Positions 55,669-64,000 of a stretch of 64,000 nucleotides of DNA are shown here, one piece after another. A model generated the notes under the pieces. The model ran no database searches, was not told the DNA's origin, and saw only the letters and a list, made by a program, of their open reading frames with translations. The translations under genes and the position numbers were made by a program. Each line of letters starts with the position of its first letter. Within the stretch, counting starts at the first letter, position 1. Origin of the DNA: an uncultured Bifidobacterium sp. GTDB taxonomy: Bacteria > Actinomycetota > Acidimicrobiia > Acidimicrobiales > Ilumatobacteraceae. The stretch lies in the NCBI GenBank assembly GCA_964394175.1, contig CAYMVM010000003.1, positions 54,605 through 118,604 on the forward strand. The letters run 5' to 3'.

Positions 55669-56430
55669 ATGGCGTCACACCCTTATCTCGACGGACCTCG
55701 ATTCCACGCGTTTGCTCACCGCGGTGGATTGGGAGTGGCTCCCGAGAACACGATGGCGGCTTTTCAAGACGCCGTCAATCTGGGTTTTGTGTACCTCGAG
55801 ACCGATGTGCACCTGACTGCGGATGGCGTCGTCGTTGCATTCCATGATGATGATCTGAGACGCACATGCGGTGTTGACGCTCGCATCGAAGACCTCACAT
55901 GGGACCAGCTGAGAGAAGTCCGCGTGGCTGGCGAACACGGTGTTCCCCTGCTCGAGGAGATCCTCTCCACCTGGCCCCATGTCCGAGTGAACATCGACTG
56001 CAAATCTGACGCTGTGGTCGATCCTCTGGTTGGCCTGCTTCGTCGCACGTCTGTTCTCGACCGCGTGTGCATCGGCTCGTTCAGCGACCGCCGACTCAAC
56101 CAGGTGCGCGCTGCTTTAGGAGACGACGTGTGCACGTCGCTCGGGCCGAGAGGAGTCGCAATTCTTCTTGCAGCTGCAAATACACACGAGCGATTGGCCA
56201 ACAGACTCGCAGCACACGTCGCGCAGGTACCTCTGAAGCAAGGCCCCCTACCGCTCGTCACTCGACGATTCGTCGACACAGCGCACGAGGTCGGGATGCT
56301 CGTGCACGTGTGGACCATCGACGACCCCGTGACCATCGGCGAGCTCATAGACCTTGGTGTCGACGGCGTCATGAGTGACGACACACGCGCCTTGCGCGAC
56401 GTCCTCACTGCGCGAGGACTGTGGTCGTGA
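55669..56430 (+). CDS. Glycerophosphodiester phosphodiesterase family protein (second copy in the window)
   Basis: FAHRGGLGVAPENTMAAF, LETDVHLTADGVVVAFHDDDL. Confidence 0.85.
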   Translation: MASHPYLDGPRFHAFAHRGGLGVAPENTMAAFQDAVNLGFVYLETDVHLTADGVVVAFHDDDLRRTCGVDARIEDLTWDQLREVRVAGEHGVPLLEEILSTWPHVRVNIDCKSDAVVDPLVGLLRRTSVLDRVCIGSFSDRRLNQVRAALGDDVCTSLGPRGVAILLAAANTHERLANRLAAHVAQVPLKQGPLPLVTRRFVDTAHEVGMLVHVWTIDDPVTIGELIDLGVDGVMSDDTRALRDVLTARGLWS

Positions 56431-57632
56431 ACGACGAAAAGACGATATTCAAGAACGCACAGTCCCCTACTCTTGGCAACGTCGATGTGCATGTGTCCGA
56501 CGGGGTCATCACGTCGATAGCCCCCACGACACCGTCGACTTCAGGACCATCGCAGATCGATGCTGACGGTTGGCTACTCCTGCCGCCCCTCGTTGAACCT
56601 CACGCGCACCTTGACAAGGCGTTTCTCTCCGAGAGGATCGACAACCCATCGGGCGACCTCATGGGCGCCATACGCGGCATCGAATCTGCGCGCGCAAGCC
56701 TGACTCGGGAGGACACAATCGGACGCGCGGAGCGCGCCGTTCGCCAGCTTGCGAACAACGGTGTCCAGCTGGTCCGCACTCATGCCGACACGACGACGGA
56801 CACCGAGCTTCAGAACGTCGAGGCCCTCCTCGAGGTCAAACAGCAATGTGCAGACATTGTGGAACTTCAGGTTGCCGCGCTCGTTGGCTGGCCACTGAGC
56901 GGACGAGCGGGCGCAGACAATCGCGCACTGGCACGCGCGGCAGTGGCGGCAGGTGCAGACGTCATCGGTGGTTGCCCGCACCTCGACGAGGACCCAGCTG
57001 AGGCTCTTCGCTTTCTCTTCGAACTGGCCAACGAGTTGGATGTGGCTTTGGATCTCCATGCTGATGAGAACACGCGCGCAACTTCCGTGGACCTCGAGCT
57101 ATGCGCAGACATGGTGATCAGCTCTGGATCGACTGTCGACATCGCCGCCAGCCACTGCGTGGCGCTCGGCTGCCAACCAGAAGACGTCCAACACAGAGTT
57201 GCCGAGAAAGTCGCACAAGCCCAGGTCTCCGTCATCGCCTTGCCGTTGACCAATCTCTATCTCCAAGGGCGAGACCAGACGCACAATGTCCCGCGTGGAC
57301 TGACCCCAGTGAACTTGTTGAGGTCTCACGGTGTGAACGTCGCTGCAGGTGGAGACAACTTGCAGGATCCGTTCAATCCTCTCGGCAAGGGTGACCCGCT
57401 TGAGACAGCGTCATTCTTGGTGCTCGCGGGGCACAACCTGATTGACGATGCGTTCGCAGCGGTGACGTATAGGGCAAGCACCGCTCTCGGTGTCGCACCT
57501 GTGGATATCTCAGTCGGATCCAACGCAAATTTTTTGCTCATCAAGTCGACGTCGGTGCGTGACGCACTTGCAACACAGACTCATCAACGAATGGTCGTTC
57601 GTCATGGGCGGGTGCTGTCGGCAAGACTCTGA
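56421..57632 (+). CDS. Amidohydrolase-superfamily deaminase (cytosine deaminase-like)
   Basis: PPLVEPHAHLDKAF (HxH metal motif), HADE, CVALG, GGDNLQDPFNPLG. It overlaps the GDPD gene by 10 nt. Confidence 0.8.
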   Translation: MVVNDEKTIFKNAQSPTLGNVDVHVSDGVITSIAPTTPSTSGPSQIDADGWLLLPPLVEPHAHLDKAFLSERIDNPSGDLMGAIRGIESARASLTREDTIGRAERAVRQLANNGVQLVRTHADTTTDTELQNVEALLEVKQQCADIVELQVAALVGWPLSGRAGADNRALARAAVAAGADVIGGCPHLDEDPAEALRFLFELANELDVALDLHADENTRATSVDLELCADMVISSGSTVDIAASHCVALGCQPEDVQHRVAEKVAQAQVSVIALPLTNLYLQGRDQTHNVPRGLTPVNLLRSHGVNVAAGGDNLQDPFNPLGKGDPLETASFLVLAGHNLIDDAFAAVTYRASTALGVAPVDISVGSNANFLLIKSTSVRDALATQTHQRMVVRHGRVLSARL

Positions 57633-57730
57633 AACAGAAAGTAAACACATTCGTGACCTGCACGACTCACGACTCTTCTAGTGTCCGTGTCGTGCGGGAT
57701 GGGAATGCGGCAGTTCTCCTTGGAGGGACA

Positions 57731-58492
57731 ATGACCGAGCATCCATCTGACGCCCCCATGGAAGCAGTGTTGACGTTCGACCGTGTGTCGATGACGTTCC
57801 CGGACGGGACGCGAGCACTTGACGATGTGTCCTTTTCGATTCGCCCCGGAGAGTTCGTGACCGTCGTAGGTCCTTCTGGGTGCGGTAAATCGACGCTGCT
57901 CAGGATTGCCTCGAATCTCGAGAAAAACACAGGTGGTGACTGCTCGGTGGATCGTGACTCCATCGGGTTCGTCTTCCAAGATGCGACCCTGATGCCCTGG
58001 CGGACCGTTCGTCGAAACGTGGAACTCATCGCGGAGCTTCACAAGATGGACAAAGAACGTCGCCAACAGGCAGGCGCAGAGGCCATCGAACTCGTCGGTC
58101 TCACAGGTTTCGAGGACAAGTATCCGAGACAACTTTCCGGCGGCATGAAGATGCGCGCGTCACTCGCGCGCTCGCTCATGATGAAACCGAAGGTCTTTCT
58201 CTTCGACGAACCGTTCGGGGCGCTCGATGAGATCACCCGTGAAAGATTGAACGATGAACTTCTTCGTTTGTTCCAACACGAAGGATTCGCCGGTCTCTTC
58301 ATCACTCACTCCATCACCGAGGCTGTCTACATGTCGACCAAGGTGTTGGTCATGTCGTCGCGGCCCGGGCGCATCACCGATGTCTTCGACGTTCCATTTG
58401 CGTATCCCCGCACTCACGACCTTCGCTACGAGCCCGAGTTCGCCGAGTTGTGTGGGAAGGTTTCCCACGCGTTGAGAGGAGCTCACCAATGA
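57731..58492 (+). CDS. ABC transporter ATP-binding protein (NitT/TauT family)
   Basis: GPSGCGKST, QLSGGMKMR, FLFDEPFGALD. GGAGGGA precedes ATG 57731. Confidence 0.9.
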   Translation: MTEHPSDAPMEAVLTFDRVSMTFPDGTRALDDVSFSIRPGEFVTVVGPSGCGKSTLLRIASNLEKNTGGDCSVDRDSIGFVFQDATLMPWRTVRRNVELIAELHKMDKERRQQAGAEAIELVGLTGFEDKYPRQLSGGMKMRASLARSLMMKPKVFLFDEPFGALDEITRERLNDELLRLFQHEGFAGLFITHSITEAVYMSTKVLVMSSRPGRITDVFDVPFAYPRTHDLRYEPEFAELCGKVSHALRGAHQ

Positions 58493-59388
58493 GCGCGTCT
58501 CAAGGCGCCACTGCGCAAGTTCCACTCGATCCGGCGACGTCTCCCAGCGCTCGACTCGACGATGTCGCACCCGATGCGCCACGTGCGTCCCGTATATCGG
58601 ACTACGTCGGACCGTTCATCACGTTCTGTCTTTTCATCGGTGTCTGGTATCTGGTCGCAACCGTCCTTTTGCCGGAACACAAGCGATTCCTTCTTCCCGC
58701 TCCACACCGAGTGATTTCCGAAGGCTTCTTCGTCTGGCGAAGTGGTGAACGACGTGGTCTGCAGCCGATCTTGTTGTCCCTGTGGGACTCAGCGAAGGTG
58801 GCACTCATCGGTTTGGTGATCACGATCGTCGTCGGCATGGCACTTGCCACCGCTATGAGCACACGGCGGTGGCTCGAGCGAGCGACATGGCCGTATCTCG
58901 TGGCCATCCAGTCCGCACCCATCCTCGCTCTCACTCCGCTCATCAGGGCCATCATCGACGGCACGATGAACCAACGTCTTCTCGTTGTTGTGCTCATCTC
59001 CATCTTCCCGATCGTGAGCAACACGTTGTTCGGTTTGCTCTCGGCCGACAAGAGCCAACATGAGCTGTTCACACTGCAAGGTGCATCGGCGTGGACTCGC
59101 TTGACCAAGTTGCAGTTCCCCGCGGCGCTACCGAACATCTTTGTCGGGTTGCGCATCTCGGCTGGTCTCGCGGTCATCGGAGCAGTCGTCGGTGATTTCT
59201 ACTTTCGTCAAGGTGGCGTCGTGGGCATCGGTGCCCAGATCGACGTCTACCGCTCGCGACTCTGGGGTCCGGAGTTGATCGCCGCGATTCTGCTAGCGAG
59301 CGCATTAGGTCTGGTGGTGTTCCTTCTTTTCGGATGGTTAGCGAAGCGAGCCGTCGGAAAGTGGCACATCACCACGAGGGGCACATGA
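58489..59388 (+). CDS. ABC transporter permease (NitT/TauT family)
   Basis: Multiple TM segments. ATGA overlap with the ATPase gene. Confidence 0.85.
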   Translation: MSASQGATAQVPLDPATSPSARLDDVAPDAPRASRISDYVGPFITFCLFIGVWYLVATVLLPEHKRFLLPAPHRVISEGFFVWRSGERRGLQPILLSLWDSAKVALIGLVITIVVGMALATAMSTRRWLERATWPYLVAIQSAPILALTPLIRAIIDGTMNQRLLVVVLISIFPIVSNTLFGLLSADKSQHELFTLQGASAWTRLTKLQFPAALPNIFVGLRISAGLAVIGAVVGDFYFRQGGVVGIGAQIDVYRSRLWGPELIAAILLASALGLVVFLLFGWLAKRAVGKWHITTRGT

Positions 59389-59427
59389 ACCTCATCTCAC
59401 CACCACACCAACAGGAGACACACATAC

Positions 59428-60606
59428 ATGAATAAGAGAGCACTCTTCGGAGCCTCCCTCGCAGCATTGCTCACGCTTGCTGCGTGCGGTGGTGACGACG
59501 GATCAAGCACAGACACAACTGCTGCTGCAGAAAGCACCGACACCACCGCCGCGGCTGGTGAAGGTGTGAGCCTCGCAGGCTCCTGCCCAGAGACGGTCGT
59601 GTTCCAGACCGACTGGAACCCAGAAGCTGAGCACGGGTTCTTGTACAACCTCGTCGGCGAGGGTTACACCGTGAACACCGAGAAACTGTCCGTGACCGGC
59701 CCGCTCGTGGTCGAAGGACAAGACACTGGTGTCAAAGTCGAAGTCCGCGCTGGCGGTCCCGCGACTGGCTACCAGTCGCCACTGGCCATGATGTACCAGG
59801 ACCCAGCAATCACCGCCGGCTTCATCAGCACTGACGAAGCAGTGTCGCAGTCGGTCGAGAAGCCGTCTATGACGATGGTCGCACCGTTCAACATCAACCC
59901 GCAGATCATCATGTGGGACCCCGCGACGTATCCGAATGCGAAGACGGTTGCCGACCTCAAGGCTGACAATGTCAAGATTCGCTACTTCGATGGTGCTGCC
60001 TACATGGACTACCTCATCGAAGCTGGAATTGTCGACAAGGGCCAGGCTGACGGAACCTACGACGGCACTCCGGCGAACTTCATCGCTGCTGGCGGCAAGG
60101 ATGCGCAACAGGGTTTCGGTACTGCCGAGCCGTACTTCTACCAAGAGGTGCTCGCGGACTGGAAGAAGCCGGTGGCATACCAGTACATCCACGATGCGGG
60201 TTGGACCGCCTACGCACAGTCGATCGGCGCAACCATGGAGAGCTTCGAGGCAAACAAGGCCTGCTGGCCGCTGCTTGTTCCTGCTATCCAGAAGTCGCAG
60301 CGTGAGTACATCGCCAGCCCAGATCGCGCGAATGCGATCGTGCTGGACCTCGTCGGTCAGTACAACAATGGCTGGGCGTATGACGCGGGTCAAGCTGCTG
60401 CCGCCGTTGCAAAGATGCAAGAAGACAAACTCGTGGCGAACAGCCCGGACGGGGTTCTCGGTTCATTCGACCTTGACCGCGTGACTGCCTTCATCGAAAA
60501 GGCGACTCCTGTCTACACCGCCACAGGCGCAAAGGTGAAGGAAGGCCTGACGGCCGCTGACCTCGTGACGAACGAGTTCATCGACACGTCGATCGCACTT
60601 CCCTGA
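59428..60606 (+). CDS. ABC substrate-binding lipoprotein (NMT1/THI5-like fold)
   Basis: Lipobox LTLAAC|GG, a strong AGGAGA RBS, and GFLYNLVGEGY... Its position after the ATPase and permease genes supports the call. Confidence 0.8.
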   Translation: MNKRALFGASLAALLTLAACGGDDGSSTDTTAAAESTDTTAAAGEGVSLAGSCPETVVFQTDWNPEAEHGFLYNLVGEGYTVNTEKLSVTGPLVVEGQDTGVKVEVRAGGPATGYQSPLAMMYQDPAITAGFISTDEAVSQSVEKPSMTMVAPFNINPQIIMWDPATYPNAKTVADLKADNVKIRYFDGAAYMDYLIEAGIVDKGQADGTYDGTPANFIAAGGKDAQQGFGTAEPYFYQEVLADWKKPVAYQYIHDAGWTAYAQSIGATMESFEANKACWPLLVPAIQKSQREYIASPDRANAIVLDLVGQYNNGWAYDAGQAAAAVAKMQEDKLVANSPDGVLGSFDLDRVTAFIEKATPVYTATGAKVKEGLTAADLVTNEFIDTSIALP

Positions 60607-60632
60607 TCACTGACAGTCACGACGAACGTGAC

Positions 60633-60662
60633 ACGGGGCGGACACTTCGGTGTCCGCCCCGT
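60633..60662. terminator. 13-bp GC-rich hairpin with a TTCG loop between convergent genes, a likely bidirectional intrinsic terminator
   Basis: ACGGGGCGGACAC-TTCG-GTGTCCGCCCCGT is read directly. It lies between the SBP stop (60606) and the creatininase-family stop (60671). There is no U-tract. Confidence 0.6.
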
Positions 60663-60670
60663 TCGTCGTT

Positions 60671-61447
60671 CTAGTGCCCGAACTCGAAGGTGCTGATCTC
60701 TGCGAGCGCGGCACACAAGGCGTCGACGGCACCGTCAAACAGCACTCGACCAATTGTCGCTGTGGCTGTGGTTGGGTCACCGATGTGCCCATCGGCGTGA
60801 AAGTCGTTAGACAACCAACCAAACGACACCGAGCCACCAAACCTGACGTGTTCGTTGCCTGCGAGTTTCTCGGGAATGCGTCGAACCGCACGACTCATGT
60901 CGACGAGTTCTGGTCGAAGATGAAGCATCACAGATGTCTCGTCTTGGCCACCATGCACACCCATGCCCATTTCACCTTCGGACGAGGTTCCACCTTGGTC
61001 GGCAGGCATGTGGGGGTGGGCAAGGAAAGTCTGGAGGCCGTACTTCAGTCGAAGTTCGCGATTCGCGACGGCGAGCAACGCACTGTTCCCGCCGTGACCG
61101 TTCACCATCACCAGTTTCCTCGCCGGAGTCGTTGCGACACTTCGTCCGATGTCTTCCAATACCGACAGCAGAGTTCGGGCCGACAGCCACAATGTGCCCG
61201 CAGACCAGGCGTGTTCGTTGGACTTGGATACCGCGATACTCGGCAGCAACCAGCAGTCAAGCGTCTCTCCGACGCGTTCGACGGCCGCACGTGAGACTGC
61301 ATCGGCGACCACGAGATCGGTGTTCAACGGAAGATGCGGTCCATGCTGTTCGATGGCACCCACTGGAAGCACAAGAATTGACGACGATGTCAACACTTCC
61401 GTCACTTGTGGGCCCCGCAAGTTGCCGAATTCACGCAGACGAGTCAT
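60671..61447 (-). CDS. Creatininase (creatinine amidohydrolase) family protein
   Basis: ILVLPVGAIEQHGPHLPLNTD, VNGHGGN. Confidence 0.85.
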   Translation of the reverse strand: MTRLREFGNLRGPQVTEVLTSSSILVLPVGAIEQHGPHLPLNTDLVVADAVSRAAVERVGETLDCWLLPSIAVSKSNEHAWSAGTLWLSARTLLSVLEDIGRSVATTPARKLVMVNGHGGNSALLAVANRELRLKYGLQTFLAHPHMPADQGGTSSEGEMGMGVHGGQDETSVMLHLRPELVDMSRAVRRIPEKLAGNEHVRFGGSVSFGWLSNDFHADGHIGDPTTATATIGRVLFDGAVDALCAALAEISTFEFGH

Positions 61448-61480
61448 GAACTCAACCTACCTGAGTGATTCAATTGACGA

Positions 61481-63043
61481 ATGAGACCTCGACAGACCGA
61501 TTTTGATGCGGTGGTCATCGGGGCGGGCCACAACGGGCTCATCACTGCGGCGTATCTTGCTCGGCACGGGGTCTCGACGCTGCTTGTCGAAGCGCGACAC
61601 ATTGTCGGCGGCACTGCAGCCAGTGAGTCGTTCGCCGACACCGTTGCGAACATCTGCAACTGCGACCATCTCACTTTTCGCACGACTCCCGTGTCAGAGG
61701 AATTGAATCTTGCGTCTCACGGTCTCGAGTACATCGACGTCGAGCCATCACAGATCAACGGCGACTGGACGACTCAACGGTTCTGGCCGATGTATCACGA
61801 GGTGGATCGCACTCTTGATGCATTGAACCGTGTGCATCCTGCTTCGGTGGCTGGCTATCGCAAGTACACACGTGCGATGGTTCCCTTGGCGCGCCTCGTG
61901 CTTGCCGCCGCTGCCGAACCTCCCTCCCGACGCGGACTACTCGCCACCGTGGCAAAACGTGGCGGTCGCGGCGTCCCAGCCCTTCTTCGATACAGCCGTA
62001 TGTCAGCAGCAGACGTCTTGCGGGAATTCTTCGATGACGATGCCGTCATCGGTCCGGCCTTGGTTGAAGGACCTGTCGTGTGGGGTGTCTCACCCGAAAC
62101 TCCTGGTACCGGTCTTGGGGCAATGAGTTACGCACTTCGACATGCATCGAAGGTCGGGCGTCCGCGTGGTGGTAGTGGAAAAGTGCCCGAGGCGATTCTG
62201 TCGTCATATCTCGGACACGGTGGCATCTTGCGTTTGAACACACGGGTCGTCGCGATCAATTGCGAGAACGAGCGAGTCAACTCCGTGCAGATGAGCGACA
62301 ACACCACCGTCACCACGCGCATCGTGGTGTCGGCATGCAATCCACACGACACCTTCGTTCGGTGGTTGCGCAACCCTCCGTCGGGAGCTTCGAAAATGAT
62401 TGCTCGTTGGCGTGATGCCGCTCACCAAGACGGATACGAATCAAAGATCGACGCCGTCATCAGCGATCTCCCACGGTTATCAGGACTTGACACCGACCTC
62501 ATGCGCGAATTGGGCGGCGATGACATCGCCCCGACGACCGTCATCAGTCCATCGCCAAGTGAATTGCACCGCGGGGCACAACTTCTCGCTAATGGCCAAA
62601 CGATGCCTCGGATGGCGATGCTCGTGAATGTTCCCTCCACCATCGACGACTCCCTTGCCCCGCGCGGTCAGCATGTATTCAGCCTCGAAGCGTTGTACAC
62701 GCCATACGCGTTGAGCGGAGGTTGGACCGGGTCGAACGAGCCACAACGTTGGCTCGACCAGTTCGCGGGTCTCGTGCAACCAGGTTTCTTGTCGTCGATA
62801 GAGAAATGGCGTGTCGTGACGCCTGTCGACTACGAAACAGATTTCCATCTTCCTCGCGGACACGCGACGAGTTTTGCCGGAGGACCGATCGCCGCATTTC
62901 TCGGAAAGCCGAAGGAACTCACTCGCTATCGAACAAACGTGAAAGGTCTGTACCTCACCGGTGCAGCCACCTTCCCGGGGGCCGGCGTGTGGGGATCTAG
63001 CGGGCGCAATGCCGCCCTCACCGTCATTCGCGACTCATTCTGA
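61481..63043 (+). CDS. Phytoene-desaturase (CrtI)-family NAD(P)/FAD-dependent oxidoreductase
   Basis: FDAVVIGAGHNGLITAAYLARHGVSTLLVEARHIVGG (the GxGxxG dinucleotide fold) and a C-terminal LYLTGAATFPGAGVWG. Confidence 0.8.
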   Translation: MRPRQTDFDAVVIGAGHNGLITAAYLARHGVSTLLVEARHIVGGTAASESFADTVANICNCDHLTFRTTPVSEELNLASHGLEYIDVEPSQINGDWTTQRFWPMYHEVDRTLDALNRVHPASVAGYRKYTRAMVPLARLVLAAAAEPPSRRGLLATVAKRGGRGVPALLRYSRMSAADVLREFFDDDAVIGPALVEGPVVWGVSPETPGTGLGAMSYALRHASKVGRPRGGSGKVPEAILSSYLGHGGILRLNTRVVAINCENERVNSVQMSDNTTVTTRIVVSACNPHDTFVRWLRNPPSGASKMIARWRDAAHQDGYESKIDAVISDLPRLSGLDTDLMRELGGDDIAPTTVISPSPSELHRGAQLLANGQTMPRMAMLVNVPSTIDDSLAPRGQHVFSLEALYTPYALSGGWTGSNEPQRWLDQFAGLVQPGFLSSIEKWRVVTPVDYETDFHLPRGHATSFAGGPIAAFLGKPKELTRYRTNVKGLYLTGAATFPGAGVWGSSGRNAALTVIRDSF

Positions 63044-63066
63044 GTGCGATCGTTCGTCAGCGCCAC

Positions 63067-63561
63067 TCAGGCGTCGAGCACCACGTCTTCGCGATTGACC
63101 ACGGGCCCCTGATCAGACCACGGGAAATTGATCCAGAGGTCTGTGTGCTTCCACACATAGTTACACCGCACCACTGAACGTGGCTTTTCGTAAAGAACTG
63201 CGGTGCGCACTTCTTTCACCCGACCACGGAAGAATTCCTCAACCGTTTTCAGCGTGTGTCCGGTGTCCGCTACGTCGTCGACCACCAAAATGCGAGCAAA
63301 TCGAAGCTCGACCAAGTCAGGCACTGGCGGCAGGATCATCGGCACCGGAAGCCGCTCATCGACCCCGGTGTAGAACTCGACGTTCATGGTGTAGAGGTTC
63401 TTGACGGCCAAGGCGTATCCGAGTGCTCCCGCCGGGAGCAGGCCGCCGCGCGCGATGGCCAGAATCAGGTCTGGCTCGAAGCCAGAGTCCGCAATCTGCT
63501 GGGCGAGCTCACGACTCGCCGTCCCGAATAATTCCCACGTCATGATTTCGCGCTCAGTCAC
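63067..63561 (-). CDS. Phosphoribosyltransferase (xanthine/guanine PRTase, Gpt-like)
   Basis: The architecture parallels E. coli Gpt: TWELF..., AIARGGLLPAGAL, PRPP motif ILVVDDVADTGHTL, and C-terminal WINFPWS. Confidence 0.85.
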   Translation of the reverse strand: MTEREIMTWELFGTASRELAQQIADSGFEPDLILAIARGGLLPAGALGYALAVKNLYTMNVEFYTGVDERLPVPMILPPVPDLVELRFARILVVDDVADTGHTLKTVEEFFRGRVKEVRTAVLYEKPRSVVRCNYVWKHTDLWINFPWSDQGPVVNREDVVLDA

Positions 63562-63730
63562 CTATGCGAAATTAGTGCCTCGCCAACTCGGGCGACGCTT
63601 CTTCGGACAGAAAGTCAATTTGTCGCTTCGCTCGCCTACCCCCGAGGAAGTGACTAGTCTCTCGGGCAGTTGGTCGTCTGGGCGGAACCTTGTGTCCGCT
63701 CAGAATGGTCACATCAACTAAGGGGGACCC

Positions 63731-64000
63731 ATGAGACACCGCACCAAGCGTGCGCGGGCTGCATCAACAGTCGGCGCCTTCGTCATCGCATTTTCGCTTC
63801 TCGCCACTGCGTGTGGCGGCGGCGACAGTGAGTCATCTGATTCAGGGGGTTCTGACACCACCTCGGCACCTGCAGAAGATGTCACTCCGGTCCCCGGCGG
63901 ATTGCTCATCATCGCAGGTGAAGCAGAGGTGTCAAATCCATGGACGCCTGCAGCCATCCAATGCGATTCGTTCTGTCAGATGCGGGCACGTGCGTTCTAT
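63731..64000 (+). CDS. N-terminal fragment of a secreted lipoprotein, probably an ABC substrate-binding protein (continues beyond the window)
   Basis: It is not in the supplied ORF track because it has no stop in the window. ATG 63731 is preceded by AAGGGGGA. Sequence MRHRTKRARAASTVGAFVIAFSLLATAC|GGGDSESSDSGGSD has a lipobox followed by a Ser/Gly linker. Confidence 0.6.
   Translation, partial: MRHRTKRARAASTVGAFVIAFSLLATACGGGDSESSDSGGSDTTSAPAEDVTPVPGGLLIIAGEAEVSNPWTPAAIQCDSFCQMRARAFY

Noticed and set aside
57633-57730. A possible TPP (THI-box) or other riboswitch ahead of the NMT1/THI5-type ABC importer. The region also has a CACGACT-CACGACT tandem heptamer.
   Set aside because: I find no CTGAGA...ACCTGA...-type THI-box core or FMN/other conserved core. 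The region is only 98 nt. The heptamer repeat is too short to interpret.
63718-63957. A 79-aa minus-strand ORF at the window end.
   Set aside because: The plus strand here encodes a textbook lipoprotein signal peptide with RBS and lipobox (MRHRTKRARAAS...LLATACGG). The minus-strand ORF is its shadow.
1-64000. Search for CRISPR arrays, IS elements or transposases, integrases, toxin-antitoxin pairs, restriction-modification genes or known defence genes.
   Set aside because: I saw no regularly spaced direct repeats and none of the corresponding protein signatures in any frame. HelY is the conserved housekeeping Ski2-like helicase in its usual tatC context, not a defence helicase.

Overview
This is a GC-rich, very gene-dense chromosomal segment of an actinobacterial-type genome. 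Most intergenic gaps are under 120 nt and many neighbouring genes share 4-nt ATGA/GTGA start/stop overlaps. Gene content and synteny suggest a deep-branching Actinomycetota or Acidimicrobiia-like organism, but that is inference only. I support about 70 CDSs, one tRNA-Pro(GGG), one tandem glycine riboswitch and a few hairpins or palindromes. I see no rRNA, CRISPR array, transposase, integrase or prophage genes, so this looks like core genome rather than an accessory island.

Two blocks match Mycobacterium tuberculosis gene order, as I recall it.
- trmI-(fdx)-mpa-dop-pup-prcB-prcA-pafA ... tatB-tatC-helY is a complete Pup-proteasome system packed into one uninterrupted block. Pup ends in GGE, and no pafBC genes are present.
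- gcvH-FHA(GarA-like)-MerR-bifunctional nuclease-MerR sits with gcvT directly downstream of the last MerR gene (4-nt overlap). A riboswitch-controlled gcvP lies next to it.

The rest is central metabolism and housekeeping: typA, tal, tkt, a desaturase with a TetR regulator, an ADP-forming acyl-CoA synthetase, PBP4, lepB, der, ispH, pgsA, and acyl-CoA dehydrogenase/ligase genes.

I could not identify an unambiguous new system. The best candidates for uncharacterised biology are these.
- A LON-N-domain protein plus three tiny membrane proteins, translationally chained onto trmI just upstream of the Pup-proteasome genes.
- A double-length ThyX-like protein next to a DUF4193 gene with a structured leader.
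- A PDZ/radical-SAM (DUF512)-der-zinc-ribbon membrane protein-tRNA-Pro unit.
- A co-directional fadD-GDPD-cytosine-deaminase-like-ABC importer run, flanked by creatininase-family, CrtI-like and Gpt-like genes.
- A GarA-position FHA protein whose N-terminus is a zinc ribbon.
- Several unknown proteins coupled by ATGA/GTGA overlaps to gcvP, helY and ispH.

All functional calls come from motif recognition by eye. No database search was run.
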